In this document: positions 20,551-30,402 of the stretch, piece by piece
Layout of the letters: each line of letters opens with the position of its first letter
Position numbering within the stretch: position 1 is the stretch's first letter
Source of the DNA: an uncultured Pelagibacteraceae bacterium
GTDB lineage: Bacteria; Pseudomonadota; Alphaproteobacteria; Pelagibacterales; Pelagibacteraceae
Reading direction: 5' to 3'
NCBI GenBank assembly: GCA_902625945.1
Contig: CACODG010000003.1
Location: forward strand, 2,466-66,465
Length of the DNA: 64,000 nt
Program-made: the position numbers and the translations under genes
The notes under the pieces: generated by a model
The model's database searches: none
Told to the model about the DNA's origin: nothing
What the model saw: only the letters and a program-made list of their open reading frames with translations

Positions 20551-23430
20551 TTAAGCAGTCTTTTTCATCGAGCTATTTCCAATAATTTCTCTTATAAATT
20601 TACCAGTATAACTCTCTTTTACATTTGAAACTTTTTCAGGGGTACCTTCTGCGATAATTCTACCGCCATTTATCCCGCCTTCAGGCCCCATATCTATTAT
20701 ATGATCTGCAGTTTTGATTACATCTAAATTGTGCTCAATTACTACAACAGTATTTCCTGTGTTTGCAAAAGCTTGTAATATTTCTAGCAATTTTTTTATA
20801 TCATGAGAATGTAATCCAGTCGTGGGTTCATCAAGAATATAAAGAGTTCTACCGGTAGGTCTTTTTGATAACTCTTTTGCTAATTTTATCCTTTGTGCTT
20901 CGCCTCCAGATAATGTCGTAGCTTGTTGACCGATTTTCATATACCCAAGACCCACGTGTTTAAGTGTAATAAGTTTTGATTTAATGTTTTGTATATTTTC
21001 AAAAAATTCACACCCTTCATCAACCGTCATATCCAATACATCAGCTATATTTTTACCTTTAAATCTAATTTCTAATGTTTCTCTATTATACCTTGCTCCC
21101 TTACAAGTATCACAGGGTATAAATACGTCTGGTAAAAAATGCATTTCATAAGTTAATACTCCATCTCCTTCGCAAGTCTCACATCTTCCTCCTTTAACAT
21201 TAAATGAATACCTGCCCACTTTATATCCTCTTGCTTTAGACTCTGGTAATCCAGCAAACCACTCTCTAATAGGACCAAATGCACCTGTGTAAGTCGCAGG
21301 ATTAGATCTTGGAGTTCTCCCTATCGGCGATTGGTCTATATCAATTATTTTATCAATTAACTCTGTGCCCTTAAATCCTGTAAAAGCTTTAGGCACTTTT
21401 CGACTTTTGTTTTTATTTAGCATTAAATTAAAAGCATTATAAAGTGTGTGAAGTATTAAAGTAGATTTTCCACTACCAGAAACACCAGTAACACATGTGA
21501 AAGTGCCTACAGGTATTTTTAAATTTACTTTTTTAAGGTTATTACCGCTTGCACCATTTATTTCAATAAACCTTCCATTTCTCGCAGACCTTCTTTTTTT
21601 TGGAACTGCTATAAATTTTTTTCCAGATAAATAATTACCAGTAATACTTGATTCATTTTGAATTATTTCTTTTACTTCACCTTCTGCAACTATCTTACCT
21701 CCTTTTAAGCCAGCTTCAGGACCAATATCAATAATATGATCTGAACTTTCCATTGTTTCAATATCATGTTCAACAACAATGACTGTGTTACCTAAATCTC
21801 TAAGTTTTTTTAGTGCGGTAATTAATTTTTTGTTATCTCTTTGATGTAATCCTATTGAAGGTTCATCTAAAACATAAAGTACTCCAGTTAGCCCAGAACC
21901 AATCTGTGATGCTAGTCTTATCCTTTGAGCTTCACCACCTGACAACGTTCCAGACTCTCTTGATAAGGTAAGATAGTTCAAACCTACATTTAATAAAAAA
22001 TTTAATCTTTCATTTATTTCTTTTAAAATATGTTGTGCAATTGTTTTTTCTTTCTCATTTAAAACGTTTTCCAAGTCCGAAAACCATTTCTGAGCAATAT
22101 CAATTGACTTTTCAGTTACTTCACTAATATTAAGATTATTTATTTTTACACACAACGCTTCGTCTTTTAGTCTCATTCCTTTACACTTCTCACAATCTGT
22201 TTCACTTTGGTATTGGGAAATTTCCTCTCTTTTCCATTCACTATCAGTTTCTAAATAACGTCTTTCCAAATTATTAATAACACCCTCAAATGTTTTCTTG
22301 GTTGTATAAGCTTCATATCCATCGTCATATGAAAATTTAATTTCCTCATCATCTGACCCATATAAAATTATATCCTGAATTTTTTTTGGAATTTTTTTCC
22401 ATGGATCAGATAATGAAATTTTATAATGTTTTGCTAAAGAGGCTAAAGTTTGAGCGTAATATAGTGAAGTTGATTTGGACCAAGGCTCAATTACCCCATC
22501 TTGAAGGCTTTTTTTGGTATCAGAAATTACTAAATTTGGATCTACATTAAGATTATGTCCTATGCCCTCGCATTCCTCACATGCACCGTAAGGAGAGTTA
22601 AATGAAAATAGCCTAGGTTCAATTTCTTCAATAGTAAAACCACTTTGAGGACATGAAAATTTTGAGGAAAAAGTAATAGTTTCTCTCTTTCTAAATTTCT
22701 TAGGTAGAGCCTCATTCTCATACTCTACTATTAATAAACCGTCTGAAAGATTGACCGCAGTTTCAACACTATCAGCCAATCTGTTTCCTAAATTTGAATT
22801 TAAAATAATTCTGTCAACTATTATTGAAATATCATGCTTAACTTTTTTATTAAGATCAGGAAATTCATCAATACCAAGATATTTCCCATCCACTTTAATT
22901 TTAGAAAAACCTCTTTTTTTATAATTAAGTATTTCTTTCTTATATTCACCCTTTCTTCCTCTTACTATTGGTGCGAGTAGAAAAATGGTATTATTTTTAG
23001 GCAGCTTCTTAATCTTATCAACCATTTCGCTAATGGGCTGAGATCTTATAGGCTTACCAGTAAATGGAGAGTAGGGCACACCAACTCTTGCGAACAGCAC
23101 TCTCATGTAATCATAAATTTCAGTTACGGTTGCAACAGTTGACCTAGGATTTTTTGAAGTATTCTTTTGCTCAATAGAAATCGCTGGACTTAAACCCTCG
23201 ATGAAATCCACATTGGGTTTTTTCATCTTGTCTAAAAATTGTCTTGCATACGAGGAAAGACTTTCAACATATCTTCTTTGTCCCTCAGCATAAATTGTAT
23301 CAAAAGCCAAAGACGATTTTCCTGACCCAGATAGGCCAGTTATAACAACTAACTTCTCTTTTGGAATTTCAAGAGAAACATTTTTTAAGTTGTGTTCTTT
23401 AGCGCCTTTTACAACGATTTTTTTCAACAT
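20551..23430 (-). CDS. uvrA: excinuclease ABC subunit A
   Basis: Two ABC cassettes ([24 protein letters not shown] x2) and CxxC zinc fingers. Confidence 0.99.
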   Translation of the reverse strand: MLKKIVVKGAKEHNLKNVSLEIPKEKLVVITGLSGSGKSSLAFDTIYAEGQRRYVESLSSYARQFLDKMKKPNVDFIEGLSPAISIEQKNTSKNPRSTVATVTEIYDYMRVLFARVGVPYSPFTGKPIRSQPISEMVDKIKKLPKNNTIFLLAPIVRGRKGEYKKEILNYKKRGFSKIKVDGKYLGIDEFPDLNKKVKHDISIIVDRIILNSNLGNRLADSVETAVNLSDGLLIVEYENEALPKKFRKRETITFSSKFSCPQSGFTIEEIEPRLFSFNSPYGACEECEGIGHNLNVDPNLVISDTKKSLQDGVIEPWSKSTSLYYAQTLASLAKHYKISLSDPWKKIPKKIQDIILYGSDDEEIKFSYDDGYEAYTTKKTFEGVINNLERRYLETDSEWKREEISQYQSETDCEKCKGMRLKDEALCVKINNLNISEVTEKSIDIAQKWFSDLENVLNEKEKTIAQHILKEINERLNFLLNVGLNYLTLSRESGTLSGGEAQRIRLASQIGSGLTGVLYVLDEPSIGLHQRDNKKLITALKKLRDLGNTVIVVEHDIETMESSDHIIDIGPEAGLKGGKIVAEGEVKEIIQNESSITGNYLSGKKFIAVPKKRRSARNGRFIEINGASGNNLKKVNLKIPVGTFTCVTGVSGSGKSTLILHTLYNAFNLMLNKNKSRKVPKAFTGFKGTELIDKIIDIDQSPIGRTPRSNPATYTGAFGPIREWFAGLPESKARGYKVGRYSFNVKGGRCETCEGDGVLTYEMHFLPDVFIPCDTCKGARYNRETLEIRFKGKNIADVLDMTVDEGCEFFENIQNIKSKLITLKHVGLGYMKIGQQATTLSGGEAQRIKLAKELSKRPTGRTLYILDEPTTGLHSHDIKKLLEILQAFANTGNTVVVIEHNLDVIKTADHIIDMGPEGGINGGRIIAEGTPEKVSNVKESYTGKFIREIIGNSSMKKTA

Positions 23431-23531
23431 TTTTTTTCTTATAAATAATAATCGTCTTATATTTACTTATCAAATATGATATAAAAATAAGATATTTAAT
23501 ATTAAAAAATCAATTTTTTATTCAAAATATT

Positions 23532-23990
23532 ATGGCTGGAAGTTTAAATAAAGTACAATTAATAGGTCGTTTAGGCGCAGATCCTGAGGTTAAACAAATG
23601 GTTAATGGAAAAAGTGTAGCTAGACTAAGCGTAGCTACAAGTCAAACATGGAAAGATAAAACAAGTGGAGAAAGAAAAGAAAAAACTGAATGGCATAGGG
23701 TTGTTATTTTCAACGAGGGATTAGTTAGTGTAGTTCAACAATACCTTAAAAAAGGCGCCAATGTGTATATTGAGGGGCAATTAAGCACCAGAAAATGGAA
23801 AGACGAGGCCTCAGGTCAAGACAAGTATTCAACCGAGGTTGTATTACAAGGATATAACTCAAGCCTGACTATGCTTGATAGTAGAAATAATGCTAATAAT
23901 TCAAATTTAGTTTCAGAAAATAAAAGTTCCCTACCAAAAGACAATTTAAATCAAGATAATTCTGATTTGGACGACGAGATCCCGTTTTAA
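23532..23990 (+). CDS. ssb: single-stranded DNA-binding protein
   Basis: [16 protein letters not shown] motifs; C-terminal DDEIPF. Confidence 0.98.
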   Translation: MAGSLNKVQLIGRLGADPEVKQMVNGKSVARLSVATSQTWKDKTSGERKEKTEWHRVVIFNEGLVSVVQQYLKKGANVYIEGQLSTRKWKDEASGQDKYSTEVVLQGYNSSLTMLDSRNNANNSNLVSENKSSLPKDNLNQDNSDLDDEIPF

Positions 23991-23996
23991 ATTTTA

Positions 23997-26570
23997 ATGG
24001 AAAAAAATACATTAGATAATAATAAGTCATTTAAACCTATATTTGTACAAGATGAAATGAGTTCATCTTATTTATCTTACGCAATGAGTGTAATTGTAAG
24101 TAGAGCTCTTCCTGATGTAAGAGATGGCCTTAAACCTGTTCACCGAAGAATAATATATGCAATGTATAAAGGAGGTTATGATTGGTCTAAGCCTTTTAGA
24201 AAATCTGCCAGAATTGTGGGAGATGTAATTGGTAAATATCACCCTCATGGAGATCAATCAGTCTACGATGCTCTAGTAAGATTAGTTCAAGATTTTTCAA
24301 TGAGCGTTCCTTTAATAAACGGTCAAGGAAATTTTGGATCTATAGATGGAGATCCTCCTGCGGCTATGAGGTATACCGAGACAAAACTTGGAAGAATTTC
24401 TCAATTTCTTACTGAAGATTTAGAAAAAAATACAGTAAATTTTAGAAGTAATTACGATGAAACAGAAAAAGAGCCCGAGGTTTTGCCTTCTCAATATCCT
24501 AATATTTTAGTGAATGGTGCGGGAGGAATAGCAGTAGGAATGGCTACAAGTATACCTCCGCATAATTTAGGTGAAGTCATTAATGCAACAATTGCTTTTA
24601 TTAATGATAAAGAAATCACTATCAATCAGCTTATGAAACATATCCCAGGTCCAGATTTTCCAACCGGAGGTGTAATAATAGGAAAAGATATTATTAAACA
24701 GGGTTATAACAAAGGTAGAGGATCTTTTAAAATCAGGGGTGAGATTGATTTAGAGGAAAAAAAAGGGGGCAGAGAAACTTTAATTATTAAATCAATTCCA
24801 TACCAAGTAAATAAATCGATGTTAATTGAAAAAATAGCTCAGTTAGTTAGAGATAAAAAAATTGAGGGCATCCGTGATCTAAGAGATGAGTCTAATAGAG
24901 AAGGAATTAGAGTCGTAATTGAATTGAGAAAAGGTGTAGAACCAGAAACTGTAAGAAGACAATTATATAAACTTACAAATATTGAAAGCTCTTTTGGTTT
25001 TAATACATTAGCTATAGTAAATAATAAACCAAAAATATTAAACCTTAAAGAATTTATATCTGAGTTTTTAAAATTTAGAGAAGATACAGTCATTAAAAGA
25101 GTAAAATTTGATTTAAATAAAGCCGAGGAACGAGCACATATTTTAATCGGATTAGCTGTTGCTGTAGAAAACATTGATGAGATTATAAAGATTATCAAAA
25201 ATTCAAAAGACACTGTTGTAGCTAAAAAAAATCTTTTAAATAAAAAGTGGAAAATTAAAAAAAGTTTAAAGATGATCAACTTAATAGAGAACAAAAAAAG
25301 TATATCTAATTATCAATTATCGGATGATCAAGTAAATTCTATTCTAGAATTGAGATTACAAAAATTAACAGCTTATGGAATAAACGAAATTGAATCTGAA
25401 ATATCAAGTCTATCAAAATTAATTATCGAATATAATAAAATTATAAATTCAAAAAAGGCTCTTTATAAATTGATAGTTGAAGAATTAGAAAAGATTAAAG
25501 ATAAATTTTCCTCACCAAGAAAGACAAAAATTATTGACGCCGTATTAAATTACAATATTGAAGAAACTATACAAAAAGAGTCTGTAGTTATTAATATTAC
25601 TAATCAAGGATATATCAAAAGAGGTCCTCTAAGCTCGCTAAAAGCCCAAAAAAGGGGCGGAAAAGGTAAAACAGGTATTTCTACACGGGAAGATGATTTC
25701 GTTGTTCAAATATTTACAGCTAATACACACACACCAGTCCTATTTTTTTCTACTCAAGGATTAGCATATAAAATTAAAGCCCATAAGATTCCTGAGGGTA
25801 CAGCTTCTTCAAAAGGAAAGTCAATTTTTAATATTTTACCTCTCAAAAGCCATCATTCTATAAGCTCAATTATGCCTTTACCAGAAGATGAGGCTGAGTG
25901 GAAAAATCTCATGGTAATTTTTGCCACTTCTAAAGGTAATGTTAGAAAAAATACTTTAGAAGATTTTGTAAATATTAATAATAGCGGAAAGATTGCAATG
26001 AAGCTTGATCAAGATGATAAAATTATAGGAGTAAAAATATGTAAGGATGATCAAGATATCCTATTAAGTACACAATTTGGTAAATGTATCAGGTTTAAAT
26101 CAAAAAAATTAAGATTATTTAAAGGCAGGTCTTCTAAAGGAATTAAAGGAATTCAATTAAAGGACAATGATAAGGTAATATCTTTATCAATTTTAGATAA
26201 TAGTCAGATAAATTCTAAAAATATTGATAAAGATAAAAAACTTAAACAAGGCCTAGATAGATTTATCTTGTCTGTTTCAGAAAATGGATATGGAAAACGT
26301 TCTTCGCACTCGGACTACAGAGTTACTAATAGAGGCGGTAAGGGAATAATAGGCATTATTAATTCAGATAGAAATGGAAATATAGCTTCTTCTTTGGTAG
26401 TTAATGAAACTGATGAAATTCTTCTCTCGACTGATAAAGGTAGCATGATGAGATGCGCAGTTAAAGAAATACGGATAGCTGGTAGAAACACTCAAGGAGT
26501 AAGAATAAAAAAACTTTCTGGTTCTGAAAAAGTAGTTTCCGTAATCAAAATAGAGGATAACATAAATTAA
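23997..26570 (+). CDS. gyrA: DNA gyrase subunit A
   Basis: RALPDVRDGLKPVHRR, AAMRYTE and GyrA-box QKRGGKG. Confidence 0.98.
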   Translation: MEKNTLDNNKSFKPIFVQDEMSSSYLSYAMSVIVSRALPDVRDGLKPVHRRIIYAMYKGGYDWSKPFRKSARIVGDVIGKYHPHGDQSVYDALVRLVQDFSMSVPLINGQGNFGSIDGDPPAAMRYTETKLGRISQFLTEDLEKNTVNFRSNYDETEKEPEVLPSQYPNILVNGAGGIAVGMATSIPPHNLGEVINATIAFINDKEITINQLMKHIPGPDFPTGGVIIGKDIIKQGYNKGRGSFKIRGEIDLEEKKGGRETLIIKSIPYQVNKSMLIEKIAQLVRDKKIEGIRDLRDESNREGIRVVIELRKGVEPETVRRQLYKLTNIESSFGFNTLAIVNNKPKILNLKEFISEFLKFREDTVIKRVKFDLNKAEERAHILIGLAVAVENIDEIIKIIKNSKDTVVAKKNLLNKKWKIKKSLKMINLIENKKSISNYQLSDDQVNSILELRLQKLTAYGINEIESEISSLSKLIIEYNKIINSKKALYKLIVEELEKIKDKFSSPRKTKIIDAVLNYNIEETIQKESVVINITNQGYIKRGPLSSLKAQKRGGKGKTGISTREDDFVVQIFTANTHTPVLFFSTQGLAYKIKAHKIPEGTASSKGKSIFNILPLKSHHSISSIMPLPEDEAEWKNLMVIFATSKGNVRKNTLEDFVNINNSGKIAMKLDQDDKIIGVKICKDDQDILLSTQFGKCIRFKSKKLRLFKGRSSKGIKGIQLKDNDKVISLSILDNSQINSKNIDKDKKLKQGLDRFILSVSENGYGKRSSHSDYRVTNRGGKGIIGIINSDRNGNIASSLVVNETDEILLSTDKGSMMRCAVKEIRIAGRNTQGVRIKKLSGSEKVVSVIKIEDNIN

Positions 26571-27059
26571 ATGAAAATTGCTGTTTATCCTGGAACGTTT
26601 GACCCAATTACATATGGTCATATTGACGTGATTAAAAAATCTTTAAAAATTTTCGATAAATTAATCATCGCAACAACTGATAATACAGATAAAGATTATT
26701 TTTTTTCTTTAGAAGAAAGATTAGATATAATTAATAATTCTTTATTCAAAGACTTAAAATTTAATAAAAATAAAGTTAAAGTGATATCTTTTCAAAATTT
26801 AACGATTGATTTATGCAAAAAATATCGTGCTTCAGCAATAATAAGAGGTCTTAGAGCTGTTTCAGATTTCGAGTATGAATTCCAACTAGCTGGAATGAAT
26901 AAAAAACTTAATTCAAAAATTGAAACAATGTTCTTAATGTCAGATGTTGAAAATCAGATTATTTCATCAAAATTTGTAAAAGAAATAGCAAACTTAGGGG
27001 GAAATATAGATAGATTTGTAACAAAATATACTGTTAAGATGTTAAAAGATAAACACTAA
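26571..27059 (+). CDS. coaD: pantetheine-phosphate adenylyltransferase
   Basis: YPGTFDPITYGH, RGLRAVSDFEYE and ISSK motifs. Confidence 0.97.
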   Translation: MKIAVYPGTFDPITYGHIDVIKKSLKIFDKLIIATTDNTDKDYFFSLEERLDIINNSLFKDLKFNKNKVKVISFQNLTIDLCKKYRASAIIRGLRAVSDFEYEFQLAGMNKKLNSKIETMFLMSDVENQIISSKFVKEIANLGGNIDRFVTKYTVKMLKDKH

Positions 27060-27613
27060 TGAGGAAATTTATTTATTTATTTACAATTTTTTTTAGTTTA
27101 TTAACTAATAATTTAATAGCAGAAAACTTTATGATTTTAAAACTTGAATATGGCGACGTAGAAATCGAACTTTTTCCTGATAAAGCACCAAATCATGTTA
27201 AAAGATTTAAGGAACTTGCAGATAGTGGAAAATACGACGGTGTTGTTTTTCACAGAGTTATAGATGGCTTTATGGCACAAACTGGAGATGTAAAATTTGG
27301 TAATTCTAATAGTAAGGATTTCAATTTGGCATTAGCAGGAACAGGAGGTTCAGATTTACCTAACTTAAAAGCTGAATTTACAGACATAGCTCATACAAGA
27401 GGAATTATATCTGCTGCTAGGTCAGCCGACCCTGATAGCGCCAATAGTCAGTTTTTTATTTGTTTTGAGTCTGCACCTCATTTGGATAGACAATATTCTG
27501 CTTTTGGCAGAGTAATTAAAGGAATGGAATTTGTAGATAAAATAAGAAAAGGCGACCCTAATTCTGGCGCTGTTAGCAATCCGGATAAAATTATTTCTCT
27601 AAAATCAAAGTAA
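27059..27613 (+). CDS. cyclophilin-type peptidylprolyl isomerase (signal peptide)
   Basis: FHRVIDGFMAQTGD and ANSQFFI motifs. Confidence 0.95.
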   Translation: MRKFIYLFTIFFSLLTNNLIAENFMILKLEYGDVEIELFPDKAPNHVKRFKELADSGKYDGVVFHRVIDGFMAQTGDVKFGNSNSKDFNLALAGTGGSDLPNLKAEFTDIAHTRGIISAARSADPDSANSQFFICFESAPHLDRQYSAFGRVIKGMEFVDKIRKGDPNSGAVSNPDKIISLKSK

Positions 27614-27617
27614 TAAA

Positions 27618-28733
27618 ATGATCGAAGGTAATTTTTCTTTTGAGTTGGTAGCTCAAGATGAAAAGTCAAGATTAGGCAAAATAAAAACTCCCCGAGGAAT
27701 TATTGATACACCAGTATTTATGCCCGTAGGTACGCAAGGTACTATTAAAGGTATTTTTACTGACGATATGTTAAAAACTGAAACGCATATTATTCTGGGA
27801 AATACTTATCATCTTCTTTTGAGACCAGGTATTGATATATTAAAAAAATTTAATGGTCTACATGATTTTATGAATTGGAAAAAACCTATTTTAACTGACT
27901 CAGGGGGATATCAAATAATGTCTTTGTCTAATTTTAATAAGATAGATCGAAAACTAGGTGCTATTTTTAAATCTCACCTTGATGGAAAAAAGATAGTTCT
28001 AAGTCCTGAAAAAAGTATTCAAGTCCAAAAAATAATTAATTCTGATATTATTATGGTTTTAGATGAGTGTCCAAAATTAACAAAAGATAAAAAAATTTTA
28101 TCTAAAGCTATTGATATATCAACCGAGTGGGCAAAAAGGTCTAAATTAGAATTTGGTAACAATCAGAAAAAAGGATTATTCGGAATAGCTCAAGGCGGAC
28201 TTTATAAAGACTTGAGAGTCGAAAGTATAGAAAAATTGATCGAAATTGATTTTGATGGATATGCTATGGGAGGATTAGCTGTGGGAGAAAAACAGGTTGA
28301 TATGTTTAGGATTTTAAATGAAACGACAAATTTTTTACCAAAAAATAAACCTAGGTACCTTATGGGTGTTGGAACACCCTCAGATATACTAGGTGCAGTT
28401 AAAGAGGGTATAGATATGTTTGATTGTGTGATGCCAACTAGATCAGGAAGAACAGGACTAGCTTTTACTTGGGAGGGTAAAATAAATTTAAAAAATTCTA
28501 AGTTTAAAAATGATAAATTTCCTCTTGATGAAGGATGCGACATAAGAGATCTAAATAAGTATTCAAAAAGCTATCTACATCATCTCATTAAATCTGATGA
28601 AATTCTTGCTTCAATGTTAATCTCGTTAAATAACATATATTTTTATCAACAATTTATGCGGGAAATAAGAAGAAATATTAAAAATGGTACTTTTAAGAAT
28701 TTTTATAAAAAATATATCAATTTTTTTAATTAA
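27618..28733 (+). CDS. tgt: tRNA-guanine transglycosylase
   Basis: FMPVGT, TDSGGYQ, DEC, GGLAVGE and DMFDCVMPTR motifs. Confidence 0.97.
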   Translation: MIEGNFSFELVAQDEKSRLGKIKTPRGIIDTPVFMPVGTQGTIKGIFTDDMLKTETHIILGNTYHLLLRPGIDILKKFNGLHDFMNWKKPILTDSGGYQIMSLSNFNKIDRKLGAIFKSHLDGKKIVLSPEKSIQVQKIINSDIIMVLDECPKLTKDKKILSKAIDISTEWAKRSKLEFGNNQKKGLFGIAQGGLYKDLRVESIEKLIEIDFDGYAMGGLAVGEKQVDMFRILNETTNFLPKNKPRYLMGVGTPSDILGAVKEGIDMFDCVMPTRSGRTGLAFTWEGKINLKNSKFKNDKFPLDEGCDIRDLNKYSKSYLHHLIKSDEILASMLISLNNIYFYQQFMREIRRNIKNGTFKNFYKKYINFFN

Positions 28734-28777
28734 TATTTGAATTTTTTAAAATTACAATATAAAAGAACCATTTTAAA

Positions 28778-28853
28778 GGGCCCTTAGCTCAGTTGGTAGA
28801 GCACCTCCCTTTTAAGGAGGGTGTCGATGGTTCGAGTCCATCAGGGCTCACCA
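28778..28853 (+). tRNA. tRNA-Lys(TTT)
   Basis: GGGCCCTTAGCTCAG...CCTCC-CT-TTT-AA-GGAGG...GGTTCGAGTCC...CACCA. Confidence 0.97.
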
Positions 28854-28859
28854 ATAAAT

Positions 28860-29708
28860 TTAAGATTTTATTGGTGGATATTTGATTATCACTTCGTTTA
28901 ACCAGTTATTTAAATTTTCAATTCGTTTTGCACTGCTAGGATGTGTGCTTAAAAAAACTGGAGGCTCTTTACCTTTATTTTTTTCAGCCATTCTCTTCCA
29001 TAAATTTACAGACTCTCTAATATCGAAACCCGATAAAGAGGAAAAAATTAAACCAAGATAATCAGCTTCAGTCTCTTGTTTTCTACCAAAAGGATTTGTT
29101 ATCCCTAGTTTGAATATATCAAGTCCACCTGTATTTTGACCGATTGTATTCCTCGTTCTGTTAATTGCTCCGCCTAAAAAAATATCAGCAACAGTCGTAC
29201 CTAAATTAATGGCCATTGCGTGACTCATTCTTTCCACCGAGTGTTTTGCTACAGCGTGAGCAATTTCATGACCCATTACTACTGACAAAGCATCTGTATT
29301 TTTTGTTATTTTTAATAATCCAGTATAAACAGCAATTTTTCCACCTGGCATGCACCATGCGTTTACAACTTTGTTATTATCAACCAAAATGTAATCCCAA
29401 CTGAAATTTTTTGTTGGATCCTCTTTACCTTGTTTTTCAAAAAATGCGCTTACAGCAAATTCCATTTTTTTTCCTATATTTCTTATTTCTTCTAGTTGGG
29501 CCCCAGAGGTAATTAATTTTGATTTGCTTCTAAAATTTTCATAAGCTTTCTCAGCTTGCCTGTTGATACGTGCCTCAGATATTATGCTTAATTGCTTTCT
29601 TTCTGTAATTGGCACAGTTGTGCATGAAGGCAACATTAAGGAGCAACAACTACAACCAAAATAGCCAAGAAATTTTCTTCTGTTTATGTTATACATATCT
29701 AGACTCAT
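28860..29708 (-). CDS. M48 family zinc metallopeptidase (probable Tat-exported lipoprotein)
   Basis: NAWCMPGG, HEIAH, ETEAD and STHP motifs; N-terminal RRKFL followed by LPSC. Confidence 0.92.
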   Translation of the reverse strand: MSLDMYNINRRKFLGYFGCSCCSLMLPSCTTVPITERKQLSIISEARINRQAEKAYENFRSKSKLITSGAQLEEIRNIGKKMEFAVSAFFEKQGKEDPTKNFSWDYILVDNNKVVNAWCMPGGKIAVYTGLLKITKNTDALSVVMGHEIAHAVAKHSVERMSHAMAINLGTTVADIFLGGAINRTRNTIGQNTGGLDIFKLGITNPFGRKQETEADYLGLIFSSLSGFDIRESVNLWKRMAEKNKGKEPPVFLSTHPSSAKRIENLNNWLNEVIIKYPPIKS

Positions 29709-29787
29709 GATTTTAAATAATAAATTACTGATTGCAATTTTTATCTTGATCGTTATTTTTATTATTTATTCAAGCTACAATTAGATA

Positions 29788-30402
29788 ATGGAATCAAAAA
29801 ACGTAAAAAAATCGGTTTTTTCTAAGATTAGAAACAATTTTATTGCTGGAGTAGTAGTGCTTATTCCAATAGGTATTACTTTGTATCTCACTCTTTTTTT
29901 TATAAGAGTTTCAGGAAATATAATACCCAAAGAAATCAATCCTAATAATTATCTTCCTTTCAATATACCAGGTATGGAAATATTAGTTGCATTGATATTT
30001 ATTACTGTAGTTGGATGGCTGTCTCTTTCTTTTTTAGGAAAAAAATTTTTTGAGGTATTTAATAATATTTTAAAAAAGATACCGATCTTAAGAACAATTT
30101 ACTCAGCAATCGGACAAATGACTGAGAGTTTTACTAAAACTGATAATAAACAAAAAAGTGTTGTTCTTTTGGAGTATCCTAGACAAGGAGTTTGGGCGGT
30201 AGGTTTTGCAACTAAAAAGAATGAAGGTATTATTGAGGATAAAATTGAAAAAGAATTAATAAATGTTTTTCTTCCAACAACTCCAAATCCAACAAGCGGA
30301 TTTTTATTAATGGTACCAAAAAAAGATCTTATCTATTTGGACGTAAGTTTTGAGCAAGCTTCAAAATTTATTGTATCTGCGGGTACTACTAATATAAATT
30401 AA
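29788..30402 (+). CDS. DUF502 family membrane protein
   Basis: VFLPTTPNPTSGF motif. Confidence 0.9.
   Translation: MESKNVKKSVFSKIRNNFIAGVVVLIPIGITLYLTLFFIRVSGNIIPKEINPNNYLPFNIPGMEILVALIFITVVGWLSLSFLGKKFFEVFNNILKKIPILRTIYSAIGQMTESFTKTDNKQKSVVLLEYPRQGVWAVGFATKKNEGIIEDKIEKELINVFLPTTPNPTSGFLLMVPKKDLIYLDVSFEQASKFIVSAGTTNIN

Noticed and set aside
23929-23935. 7-mer KOPS-like matches (CCCTACC at 23929; GGGAGGG near 28471 and 54655; CCCTGCC near 57009)
   Set aside because: They are not exact octamers and have mixed orientation, so they were not counted as evidence.
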